A stretch of DNA of 25,704 nt from a virus (Duplodnaviria > Heunggongvirae > Uroviricota > Caudoviricetes): positions 1 through 25,704 of the IMG/VR virus record IMGVR_UViG_2681813320_000003; one strand, 5' to 3'. The notes below the pieces were generated by a model that saw only the letters and a program-made list of their open reading frames with translations, was not told where the DNA came from and did no database searches. Of this stretch, positions 8,627 to 16,591 are shown one piece after another. How positions within the stretch are numbered: position 1 is the stretch's first letter; the number at the start of each line of letters is the position of its first letter. A program made the position numbers and the translations under genes.

Positions 8627-8721
8627 GCTGCTTTCTCCTGAAATAGAGGGCGGTGGACGGGGTTTTGATGTGGCAGTGCCTTTCGCCACCCCGTGCCGCC
8701 CGTGCGCGGGGGCACGTTCTG

Positions 8722-9372
8722 TCAGCGGCTGTCATTGCGCAGTCTGCGCTCCAGCTGCTGTTTGTCTTTTTTCACGCCACAGCGGGGATCGAGCTGCAAC
8801 GCATGGTTGAGATGGTTAAGGGCGGAAGCCGGATTGCTTTCACTCAGGAGAGCGCCAATCGCTTTATGCAGACGCGCCCGTGACTGGTCCGGCATATCCA
8901 GACCGTCTGTCAGCTCCAGCGTCTGCAGCAACAGATCGGCATCAAAGCCGGTGGCGGCAAGCATTGCGCTCTGCGCCGCGTCTGCCATTTCCTCTGCCAG
9001 CACGGTCTGCACATTGCGGTTACCCAGTGGCATCACCCAGCCATGACGCAGGGCATGACATCCGATCTCCAGCGCCCCGGCATAATCTCCGGCATCAATG
9101 CGCCACAGCATCACGTACATCAGCACGTCATCCTGTTGAGCGCCTCCGGCAGCCAGGACACCCTCTGCCCAGGCGGCGTACTTCGGCAGCAGCTCCACCT
9201 TGATTTCCGCTTTTTTGACCGTGGACTGAACGCCCTTGAGACGGCGGCGGTCTTCCGCCAGTTGCAGCAGCATCAGGTCATAGCCCGATGCGTGGCGAAC
9301 ACTGCCGCCCTCGCGGGCGGCCTGTTCAGCCTGAACGCGCAGGCGATGCTGCCGTGCGGGACTCAGGCTCAT
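8722..9372 (-). CDS. M: terminase small (endonuclease) subunit M
   Basis: 216-aa ORF between N and L in P2 order. Confidence 0.8.
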   Translation of the reverse strand: MSLSPARQHRLRVQAEQAAREGGSVRHASGYDLMLLQLAEDRRRLKGVQSTVKKAEIKVELLPKYAAWAEGVLAAGGAQQDDVLMYVMLWRIDAGDYAGALEIGCHALRHGWVMPLGNRNVQTVLAEEMADAAQSAMLAATGFDADLLLQTLELTDGLDMPDQSRARLHKAIGALLSESNPASALNHLNHALQLDPRCGVKKDKQQLERRLRNDSR

Positions 9373-9375
9373 GGA

Positions 9376-10434
9376 TTACGCTCCGGTTTCGGCTGCGGCG
9401 GCGCTGAAATCACCAATCTGGATGTTTTCCACCAGTGCGGCGCAGCGGTAGTCCTCAACCACATAGGCTTCATTAACGGATTCAAAGTTTTCAATCCGGT
9501 CACGTTTCGGGTTGTCGATAACTGAACGGCGGCGGGTGTCTTCCTGCCAGTAGATGGACAGGTTATCCAGACGGGTGATCAGCAGTGCATTCGGCGGGAA
9601 GAACGGCGCACGCACGGCCTGCAGGCCACCCATGCGTTTCTGACTGATGATCATATCGGCAGCCAGTTTTTCACTGTTTTCCTGCTCTTTGTTGACCAGT
9701 GGGAAATACTTGTCAGACAACAGTTCACGACCGCAAATCACCACCAGATCGTCATCGTCCTGGTAGACCACGTCGATAAGCTCATTAACGGCATCCATCA
9801 CCACGGCGTCCAGGTTGGCATATTCGCCACCTTTACCGACTTTCACCGCGCCCGGTGTGGTTTCACCGCCCGTGGTGGTGCTGCCCATGACGTGATCCGG
9901 TGCATCCTCACGGATTTTCTGTAACCAGCCTTTGTTCACATCCTGCAGCAGCGGGTTTTCGCTACGGTTGGAGGTTTTCGCACGCTTCACGCCGTTAAAG
10001 CCGATCATGATGCGGTCCAGTGCCTGACGTTTCACGATGGCGTCACGGATACGCACCTGGAAATCCTGAAACTTCGCCCACAGGTCCAGCTTCGCGTAGG
10101 TCAGTACCGTGTCAAAGTTGGTCTGCTCGCATTTGTATTCCACATCGACCATCAGCGTAGGATCGACAGGTTCACGCTCTTTCGCGGTGGTGTCAGTGGT
10201 TCCGGCAATGGTGCTGCCAACACCCAACCCCAGCAGCTGACCGGACTGCTCAGTCACTGGCGTGACGTTAATCAGCGTCAGGAAAGCGGCGGACTGCTGG
10301 ATCTGGTCTTCCAGCGTCTGCTGCACAGACGGCTCCACGGTGAACTTGCTGGACAGTTCTTCAACTGCCACACCGTTCAGACGCGCCAGCTGCTGCAGGT
10401 AAGCGTTAAAAGCAAAGCGGGTATTCTTCTTCAT
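9376..10434 (-). CDS. N: major capsid protein N
   Basis: 352-aa ORF in the P2 gpN size class, downstream of scaffold O. Confidence 0.9.
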   Translation of the reverse strand: MKKNTRFAFNAYLQQLARLNGVAVEELSSKFTVEPSVQQTLEDQIQQSAAFLTLINVTPVTEQSGQLLGLGVGSTIAGTTDTTAKEREPVDPTLMVDVEYKCEQTNFDTVLTYAKLDLWAKFQDFQVRIRDAIVKRQALDRIMIGFNGVKRAKTSNRSENPLLQDVNKGWLQKIREDAPDHVMGSTTTGGETTPGAVKVGKGGEYANLDAVVMDAVNELIDVVYQDDDDLVVICGRELLSDKYFPLVNKEQENSEKLAADMIISQKRMGGLQAVRAPFFPPNALLITRLDNLSIYWQEDTRRRSVIDNPKRDRIENFESVNEAYVVEDYRCAALVENIQIGDFSAAAAETGA

Positions 10435-10450
10435 CGGGTTTTGTGCTCCA

Positions 10451-11284
10451 TCAGCAATTGGTCAGAGTGTCAACGGGGGCGTTACCGCCTGTTGCACGCT
10501 GGCGGTAGTCCTGGCGGCTGTCTTCATGACTCAGCTTGTCCACCAGTTCGTTAAAGGCGGTTTGCTGTGCCTGCAGGGCAGTCTCCAGCTCAGACAGGCG
10601 TTCTTCCTGCTCAGACAGGGATTTTTCGGTGCGTGCGCTCAGGTTCTGCTGCTCAGTGGCGACCAGCTCCACGGCCTTATGCACATCAGAGAATCGGGCG
10701 TCATCGGACTGCTCTTTTTTGGTAAACAGCGCCGTGACGCGGGCAAACAGGGACGGTTTGTCGTCCTGGATTTCTTCCAGTTCGATCACCGTTTCCTCTG
10801 CAGCGGTAAAGAGATTGGCAGGATTCTGCTTGCGGTTTGCCAGTGGGTTATGGGCTGCACTGGCGCTGAATGTCAGCATTTCAGTGCCCAGACTGGCAGG
10901 GTCATCAGTGGCAGCCAGGCCGACCAGGTAGGCTTTGCCCGTATCAGCGAACTTCGGGCTGACTTCCATAGAGGTGAATAATTTCTGGCCTTTTTTCACC
11001 AGTTCCACCAGGGACTCCGTTGGCTCAACGTCGGCATACAGCGCCATCTTGCCTGCCAGCGGACCTTCCGTGATTTCTTCAGCAAACAGCGCCGTCACCT
11101 TGCCGTAGCGGTTAAAGGTGCTGTCCGGCAGATAAGACTTGATGTGCTCAAGGTTAATCAGCGCGGTATACACCGCCGGGTTGTAGCTGGCTGCCATCTG
11201 TTCCAGCCATTCACGCTGGATTTCGCGTCCGTCGGTGGTGGCACCTTCCACCCCGATGCGAAAACGCTTTGCTTTCACTGTCAT
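10451..11284 (-). CDS. O: capsid scaffolding protein O
   Basis: 277-aa ORF with an acidic, coiled-coil-rich C-terminal half; divergent from P as in P2. Confidence 0.85.
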   Translation of the reverse strand: MTVKAKRFRIGVEGATTDGREIQREWLEQMAASYNPAVYTALINLEHIKSYLPDSTFNRYGKVTALFAEEITEGPLAGKMALYADVEPTESLVELVKKGQKLFTSMEVSPKFADTGKAYLVGLAATDDPASLGTEMLTFSASAAHNPLANRKQNPANLFTAAEETVIELEEIQDDKPSLFARVTALFTKKEQSDDARFSDVHKAVELVATEQQNLSARTEKSLSEQEERLSELETALQAQQTAFNELVDKLSHEDSRQDYRQRATGGNAPVDTLTNC

Positions 11285-11362
11285 GAGCCGTGCTCCGTTA
11301 GAAAAAACTTACTGGAGCCTTATGGTTGCGGTGATGGGGGCAGTGAAACAATGCGAGGTATT

Positions 11363-11380
11363 TGTACCGACAACCACACA
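11363..11380. promoter_or_regulatory. TGT-N12-ACA dyad in the divergent O/P intergenic region; candidate late-promoter activator site
   Basis: tgt-accgacaaccac-aca, with the dyad centre about 55 bp upstream of the P start codon. Confidence 0.4.
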
Positions 11381-11426
11381 AACCGCAGGCGGGGAAAGCC
11401 TTCATTCAAGGCTGTAGGTTTGTGCC

Positions 11427-13193
11427 ATGAACACCACACTGACACCCGCAGATCTCGATCCCCGTCGGCAGGCCATGCTGCTGTACTTTCAGGGATACCG
11501 CGTAGCCCGCATTGCTGAAATGCTGGGCGAGAAAGTTGCAACCGTTCACAGCTGGAAAAAACGCGACAAGTGGGGTGACTATGGGCCGCTGGATCAGATG
11601 CAGCTCACCACCGCCGCACGCTACTGCCAGCTCATCATGAAGGAGCACAAAGAAGGGAAAGATTTCAAAGAGATTGACCTGCTGGCGCGCCAGTCTGAGC
11701 GCCACGCGCGGATCGGCAAGTTTAACAATGGCGGCAACGAAGCCGACTTAAACCCTAACGTCGCCAACCGCAATAAAGGCCCACGCCGTCAGCCGGAAAA
11801 GAATGTTTTCACCGATGAGCAGATTGAGAAGCTGGAAGAAATCTTCCATTCCTCCATGTTCAACTACCAGCGCCACTGGTGGGAAGCCGGAAAAACCAAC
11901 CGCATCCGCAACCTGCTAAAGTCACGCCAGATCGGCGCGACCTTTTACTTTGCCCGTGAAGCCCTGATTGACGCCCTGCTTACCGGGCGTAACCAGATTT
12001 TCCTTTCCGCCAGTAAGGCACAGGCCCACGTCTTTAAGCAGTACATCATCGACTTCGCCAAAGAAGTGGAGGTGGAGCTGAAAGGCGATCCGATGGTGCT
12101 TCCTAACGGGGCCACGCTTTACTTCCTCGGCACCAATGCCCGCACGGCCCAGAGTTATCACGGCAACCTGTATCTGGATGAATATTTCTGGATACCGAAA
12201 TTTCAGGAGCTACGCAAAGTGGCTTCCGGTATGGCTATTCACAAGAAATGGCGGCAGACCTATTTTTCCACACCATCCAGTCTTACCCACAGTGCTTATC
12301 CGTTCTGGTCCGGTGCGCTGTTCAACCGTGGGCGCAACAAAGCTGACAAGGTGGACATCGACCTGTCCCACAGCAATCTGGCCCCCGGCCTGCTGTGCGC
12401 AGACGGGCAATACCGCCAGATAGTCACCGTGGAAGATGCGGTGCGCGGCGGCTGTAACCTGTTCGACCTCGATCAGTTGCGCATGGAGTACAGCCCGGAC
12501 GAATACCAGAACCTGCTGATGTGTGAGTTCGTGGACGATCTCGCGTCCGTGTTCCCGCTCAGCGAGCTGCAGGCGTGCATGGTGGACAGTTGGGAAGTCT
12601 GGACCGACTTTCATGCACTGGCCCTGCGCCCGTTTGGCTGGCGCGAAGTGTGGATCGGTTATGACCCGGCAAAAGGTACGCAAAACGGCGACAGCGCCGG
12701 GTGCGTGGTGGTGGCACCGCCAGCCGTGCCGGGCGGTAAGTTCCGCATTCTTGAGCGTCACCAGTGGCGCGGGATGGACTTCCGCGCCCAGGCTGACGCC
12801 ATCAAAAAACTGACCGAACAGTACAACGTGACATACATCGGCATCGACTCGACAGGTGTCGGTCACGGGGTTTACGAGAACGTGAAAGCGTTCTTTCCTG
12901 CCGTCCGGGAGTTTGTCTACAACCCCAACGTTAAAAATGCCCTGGTACTCAAAGCCTACGACATTATCAGTCACCGTCGTCTGGAGTTTGACGCCGGACA
13001 CACCGACATAGCGCAGTCATTTATGGCAATCCGTCGCGCCACCACCGCCAGCGGCAACCGCCCGACCTATGAAGCCAGCCGCAGCGAAGAAGCCAGCCAT
13101 GCCGATCTGGCCTGGGCAACAATGCACGCACTGTTTAACGAACCGCTGCAGGGCGAGTCCGCCAATACCAGCAATATTGTGGAGATTTTTTGA
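11427..13193 (+). CDS. P: terminase large (ATPase) subunit P
   Basis: 588-aa ORF, same size class as P2 gpP, divergent from O and followed by Q. Confidence 0.9.
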   Translation: MNTTLTPADLDPRRQAMLLYFQGYRVARIAEMLGEKVATVHSWKKRDKWGDYGPLDQMQLTTAARYCQLIMKEHKEGKDFKEIDLLARQSERHARIGKFNNGGNEADLNPNVANRNKGPRRQPEKNVFTDEQIEKLEEIFHSSMFNYQRHWWEAGKTNRIRNLLKSRQIGATFYFAREALIDALLTGRNQIFLSASKAQAHVFKQYIIDFAKEVEVELKGDPMVLPNGATLYFLGTNARTAQSYHGNLYLDEYFWIPKFQELRKVASGMAIHKKWRQTYFSTPSSLTHSAYPFWSGALFNRGRNKADKVDIDLSHSNLAPGLLCADGQYRQIVTVEDAVRGGCNLFDLDQLRMEYSPDEYQNLLMCEFVDDLASVFPLSELQACMVDSWEVWTDFHALALRPFGWREVWIGYDPAKGTQNGDSAGCVVVAPPAVPGGKFRILERHQWRGMDFRAQADAIKKLTEQYNVTYIGIDSTGVGHGVYENVKAFFPAVREFVYNPNVKNALVLKAYDIISHRRLEFDAGHTDIAQSFMAIRRATTASGNRPTYEASRSEEASHADLAWATMHALFNEPLQGESANTSNIVEIF

Positions 13194-14227
13194 TGGGAAA
13201 GAGTAAGAAGAACCGCGCTGCATCGACGAACCAGATTCAGCATAAAAGCCAGACTTCAGCCGAAGCATTCAGCTTCGGCGATCCCGTTCCTGTTCTGGAC
13301 CGCCGAGAACTGCTGGATTATGTGGAATGCGTACAGATGGACCGCTGGTATGAGCCGCCCGTCAGCTTTGACGGACTGGCGCGCACCTTCCGCGCTGCCG
13401 TGCATCATAGTTCCCCGATTGCAGTAAAGTGCAACATTCTGACCAGCACCTACATCCCTCACCCGCTGCTCAGCCAGCAGGCTTTTTCGCGTTTTGTGCA
13501 GGACTATCTGGTATTTGGTAACGCCTACCTGGAGAAACGCACGAACCGCTTCGGTGAAGTTATCGCCCTTGAACCTGCCCTGGCAAAATACACCCGACGC
13601 GGGTTAGACCTGGATACCTACTGGTTTGTGCAATACGGTATGACAACCCAGCCGTATCAGTTCACGAAAGGCAGCATTTTTCATCTGATGGAGCCGGACA
13701 TCAACCAGGAGATCTACGGCCTGCCCGGTTATCTTTCTGCCATTCCGTCCGCCCTGCTCAACGAGTCCGCCACGCTGTTCCGCCGCAAGTATTACATTAA
13801 CGGCAGTCATGCAGGCTTCATCATGTACATGACCGATGCCGCGCAGAACCAGGAGGATGTGAACAACCTCCGCAATGCGATGAAAAGCGCCAAAGGCCCT
13901 GGCAACTTCCGCAATCTGTTTATGTACTCGCCTAATGGTAAAAAAGACGGACTTCAGATTATCCCGTTGTCAGAAGTCGCAGCGAAGGATGAGTTTCTGA
14001 ATATCAAGAACGTGAGCCGCGATGACATGATGGCAGCACACCGAGTGCCGCCGCAAATGATGGGGATTATGCCTAATAATGTCGGGGGGTTTGGGGATGT
14101 GGAGAAGGCAAGTCGGGTATTTGTTCGTAATGAATTAATACCTTTGCAAAAACGTTTCGAAGAATTAAATTTATGGCTAAAAAATAATATTATTACATTC
14201 AAAGAATATCAACTATCCCTAGACTAA
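13190..14227 (+). CDS. Q: portal protein Q; last ~35 codons abruptly AT-rich
   Basis: 345-aa ORF overlapping the P stop (ATGA); P2 gpQ size. A composition break near 14110 suggests a recombination joint inside the 3' end. Confidence 0.9.
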   Translation: MMGKSKKNRAASTNQIQHKSQTSAEAFSFGDPVPVLDRRELLDYVECVQMDRWYEPPVSFDGLARTFRAAVHHSSPIAVKCNILTSTYIPHPLLSQQAFSRFVQDYLVFGNAYLEKRTNRFGEVIALEPALAKYTRRGLDLDTYWFVQYGMTTQPYQFTKGSIFHLMEPDINQEIYGLPGYLSAIPSALLNESATLFRRKYYINGSHAGFIMYMTDAAQNQEDVNNLRNAMKSAKGPGNFRNLFMYSPNGKKDGLQIIPLSEVAAKDEFLNIKNVSRDDMMAAHRVPPQMMGIMPNNVGGFGDVEKASRVFVRNELIPLQKRFEELNLWLKNNIITFKEYQLSLD

Positions 14228-14232
14228 TTAAT

Positions 14233-14253
14233 AACCACCTCTATGAGGTGGTT
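14233..14253. terminator. perfect 9-bp hairpin (aaccacctc-tat-gaggtggtt) between convergent Q and cargo gene
   Basis: Inverted repeat read directly from the sequence; there is no strong T-tract, so terminator function is uncertain. Confidence 0.4.
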
Positions 14254-14274
14254 AACAAGAATAAACCTAATTAA

Positions 14275-15684
14275 TTACTCATCTACTCTGATTTTTTGTT
14301 TTTTATTATTTTGAGTTAAGACATTTATGGTAATAGATGTATACGGATGAAAGTCAGGCACTATACTTTTAACCTCTCCATTTTCAAGAAAATGATGTGC
14401 TATTGAAGGAAATAAATCAGGATCTACAGGATATTTAGCATTAGGATTATGATACATATTTAAACCTTCTGCCCATGTTTCTGTAATATCGCCTTCTTTC
14501 ACTTCAAAACTAAATGCTGCTGGATATAATGCCTCTGGGTCATGATCATGGCAGTAACCACTCCTAAATAATCTAAGGTCACTTCTTCCAAAACCAGCCA
14601 ATTTTCCCATCCGATTAAACTTCGATATAGTACCACTATTAGAACTAAGGACGGCCGAAATATTTTCAGACTCATCCAAGAAGAAAAAGCCTGAAGGAAT
14701 TTCCTTTTTCTCAAATTGATGCGATATAATTTTCTTAGTTGCTAAACTGTAACATCCATCTTCAGATTTAACATGCTCATAGCGAATACCATAAAGATAC
14801 TGCCAAAGTGCACTATGGGACCAAATCATAGAGTTTGGTTCATGAAAATCAGCAATTGCGAAAATTAAAGGATTCCCCTTAACATGTTCTAGATCCCAGT
14901 ATCGAGTTTTCTTTTTCAGTTTAGAATAGAGAGAACTTCCAAATTTAATCGGCATATAATTCTCTATTTTCTCTAGCAATTCTTCCTTACTTTTAGGTTC
15001 AGATAGCATTTCAGATGATTGATTAATATCATTCCCTGTTGGATTAACCGTTACAGCTTCAATGCAAATAGTATTACCATACTTACGTGCCACATAATCA
15101 GGAGCATTAAACTGCCTATCTAGCCAAAAGTGTTCCTCTCGTAAATATGCGAAAAGATATAACTCCCATAGCCGGGCATCAAAACCTGTTGTCTGAAACT
15201 GCTCTATAAAATTCCCGTCGACATCCTCAAAATGATTCATCATTTCCTTGATTATCCCTGTTGCAGGCGACCAGTTCGCGTATTTACCAAATAATGAAAA
15301 ATGATGATGAAGTTTATCTGGTGTAACTATAGGTGTGAATAAATCCATTGCTTTATAAGTTTCATCACCTTGTGGAAATACTTTTACGTTTAATTTAGTA
15401 TGCTTCCGCATTAATTTCTTTAGTTTTGCTCGTGCAGAATTCATTTCTGAAACACTAGTAAATAGGTCAATACATCTATATCTCCCACTTAAGTCTCTTG
15501 CTAAAACAATACCGCTATAATCTTCATCGATTTGATCCAATAATAGCGCCCCTAGCAGGAACTCTCTCGGACTACAGTACCACTCAAACTCATAGCCTAA
15601 AAGTTCAGTATTTGGCATTCTGGTCCAATCAACAAAAGCATTAAACCTCTCTTTACTCATTTTTTTTATATCAAGAAAAGACAT
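14275..15684 (-). CDS. hypothetical protein, AT-rich cargo (moron) gene; function unknown
   Basis: 469-aa uninterrupted ORF in markedly AT-rich DNA, with a GAGGT Shine-Dalgarno 8 nt upstream of the ATG. No Walker A or other motif recognisable by eye. Confidence 0.75.
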   Translation of the reverse strand: MSFLDIKKMSKERFNAFVDWTRMPNTELLGYEFEWYCSPREFLLGALLLDQIDEDYSGIVLARDLSGRYRCIDLFTSVSEMNSARAKLKKLMRKHTKLNVKVFPQGDETYKAMDLFTPIVTPDKLHHHFSLFGKYANWSPATGIIKEMMNHFEDVDGNFIEQFQTTGFDARLWELYLFAYLREEHFWLDRQFNAPDYVARKYGNTICIEAVTVNPTGNDINQSSEMLSEPKSKEELLEKIENYMPIKFGSSLYSKLKKKTRYWDLEHVKGNPLIFAIADFHEPNSMIWSHSALWQYLYGIRYEHVKSEDGCYSLATKKIISHQFEKKEIPSGFFFLDESENISAVLSSNSGTISKFNRMGKLAGFGRSDLRLFRSGYCHDHDPEALYPAAFSFEVKEGDITETWAEGLNMYHNPNAKYPVDPDLFPSIAHHFLENGEVKSIVPDFHPYTSITINVLTQNNKKQKIRVDE

Positions 15685-15781
15685 CTTTCTACCTCATCAC
15701 GAAAAAATATTTTTTCCTAAAAAGACTTAAGTTAGCTTAATCTATTGATAAAAAAAAGCTAAGTAACGACCAAATACGCGC

Positions 15782-15801
15782 GCTCGTATCCCCGCCACGC
15801 C
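15782..15801. other. cos-like cohesive-end site
   Basis: The reverse complement GGCGTGGCGGGGATACGAGC shares its first 13 nt (GGCGTGGCGGGGA) with the P2/186 cohesive-end sequences as I recall them. Confidence 0.45.
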
Positions 15802-15846
15802 TGCCCGCTTTATGTAGTGGTTTTCATGCACCTGCATGATCTACGC

Positions 15847-15870
15847 AAAAGCCCGCCAGTTCTGGCGGGC
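15847..15870 (-). terminator. rho-independent terminator downstream of the dinI-like gene
   Basis: GC-rich hairpin gcccgccag-tt-ctggcgggc followed by a TTTT run on the minus strand. Confidence 0.5.
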
Positions 15871-16005
15871 CTTAGCAAAAACGATCCTCAAACGATCATG
15901 CGATCTCATGCGGCATAGACATGCACTACAGAGCTAACGCCTCGCAAGGGCTCGTTGTTCAACCTTGCTGACGCCAGAAGCAAGTTCAGACGCCAGCAAC
16001 GTTTC

Positions 16006-16239
16006 TTAATGCAGCCAGCTGTCGTCTTCCCACACCTTCTGCATAATTTTCATCACTTGTTTTCTTTCTTCGTCCAGTTGCAGTCCGGTTAGTTCCACAC
16101 CGTTAGAGCTACCTTTGCGAATGCGAATTACCGTTTTGGGATACAGGGGGCGCAGATTGCGGTAAAGCTCGGATTCAAGGGCGTCCAGGGTAGACTGGCT
16201 AATCTTCTGCTCTTTATCGATCATTATTTCAATGCGCAT
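16006..16239 (-). CDS. dinI: DinI-family protein (Tum C-terminal-like)
   Basis: From the internal ATG 16237-16239 the product MRIEIMIDK...LDALESEL...KIMQKVWEDDSWLH aligns by eye along its length with E. coli DinI (MRIEVTIAK...IDALAGEL...ILQETWESADDW). GAGGTG Shine-Dalgarno upstream. Confidence 0.75.
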   Translation of the reverse strand: MRIEIMIDKEQKISQSTLDALESELYRNLRPLYPKTVIRIRKGSSNGVELTGLQLDEERKQVMKIMQKVWEDDSWLH

Positions 16240-16249
16240 AAAAGTCACC

Positions 16250-16438
16250 TCAGCTGATGACATCCATTGAGCGGTTGTATTCGTGGGTTCTGATTTTTGC
16301 CATGAGTTCATCAGTCAATTCAGAAACCCACTGCAGAGCCAGCCCCTTCTCTTCATCACTACACTCACTAGCCGCTACAAGCTTAAGAAAAAAATCAATG
16401 CGCTGGAGCTTCAAAGACTCCAAAAAATAGTCCTGCAT
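16250..16438 (-). CDS. small protein, possible Tum N-terminal-like antirepressor moiety
   Basis: 62-aa ORF from ATG 16436-16438 with a strong AGGAGG Shine-Dalgarno, immediately upstream of the dinI-like gene and downstream of a LexA box. The longer track ORF (to 16540) would overlap the LexA box. Confidence 0.5.
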   Translation of the reverse strand: MQDYFLESLKLQRIDFFLKLVAASECSDEEKGLALQWVSELTDELMAKIRTHEYNRSMDVIS

Positions 16439-16481
16439 CTTTCCTCCTATGACACCACACGCAATGCTGTATGCATAACCA

Positions 16482-16497
16482 CTGTTTATATTTACAG
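16482..16497. promoter_or_regulatory. LexA operator (SOS box) CTGT-N8-ACAG
   Basis: Exact match actgtttatatttacagta to the consensus TACTGT(AT)4ACAGTA, located about 45 bp upstream of the tum-like start on the minus strand. Confidence 0.7.
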
Positions 16498-16591
16498 TAT
16501 ATAATAATCTTACTGATGTAAAACGATTTTTTACGTTCATCAGCCTGATATGCCTGGTATTATTAAGAGCACGAATTGTTAACCCGCGTAA

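Noticed and set aside
11420-11437. Second TGT-N12-ACA match overlapping the P start codon
   Set aside because: It overlaps the coding start, so it cannot serve as an upstream activator site; most likely a chance match to a short degenerate motif.
12210-13001. 263-aa minus-strand ORF inside terminase gene P
   Set aside because: Antisense to a conserved, syntenic terminase ORF with no independent start signals; a frame shadow.
13954-14202. 82-aa minus-strand ORF in the AT-rich tail of Q
   Set aside because: Antisense to the continuous Q frame; AT-rich DNA tends to leave stop-free antisense frames by chance.
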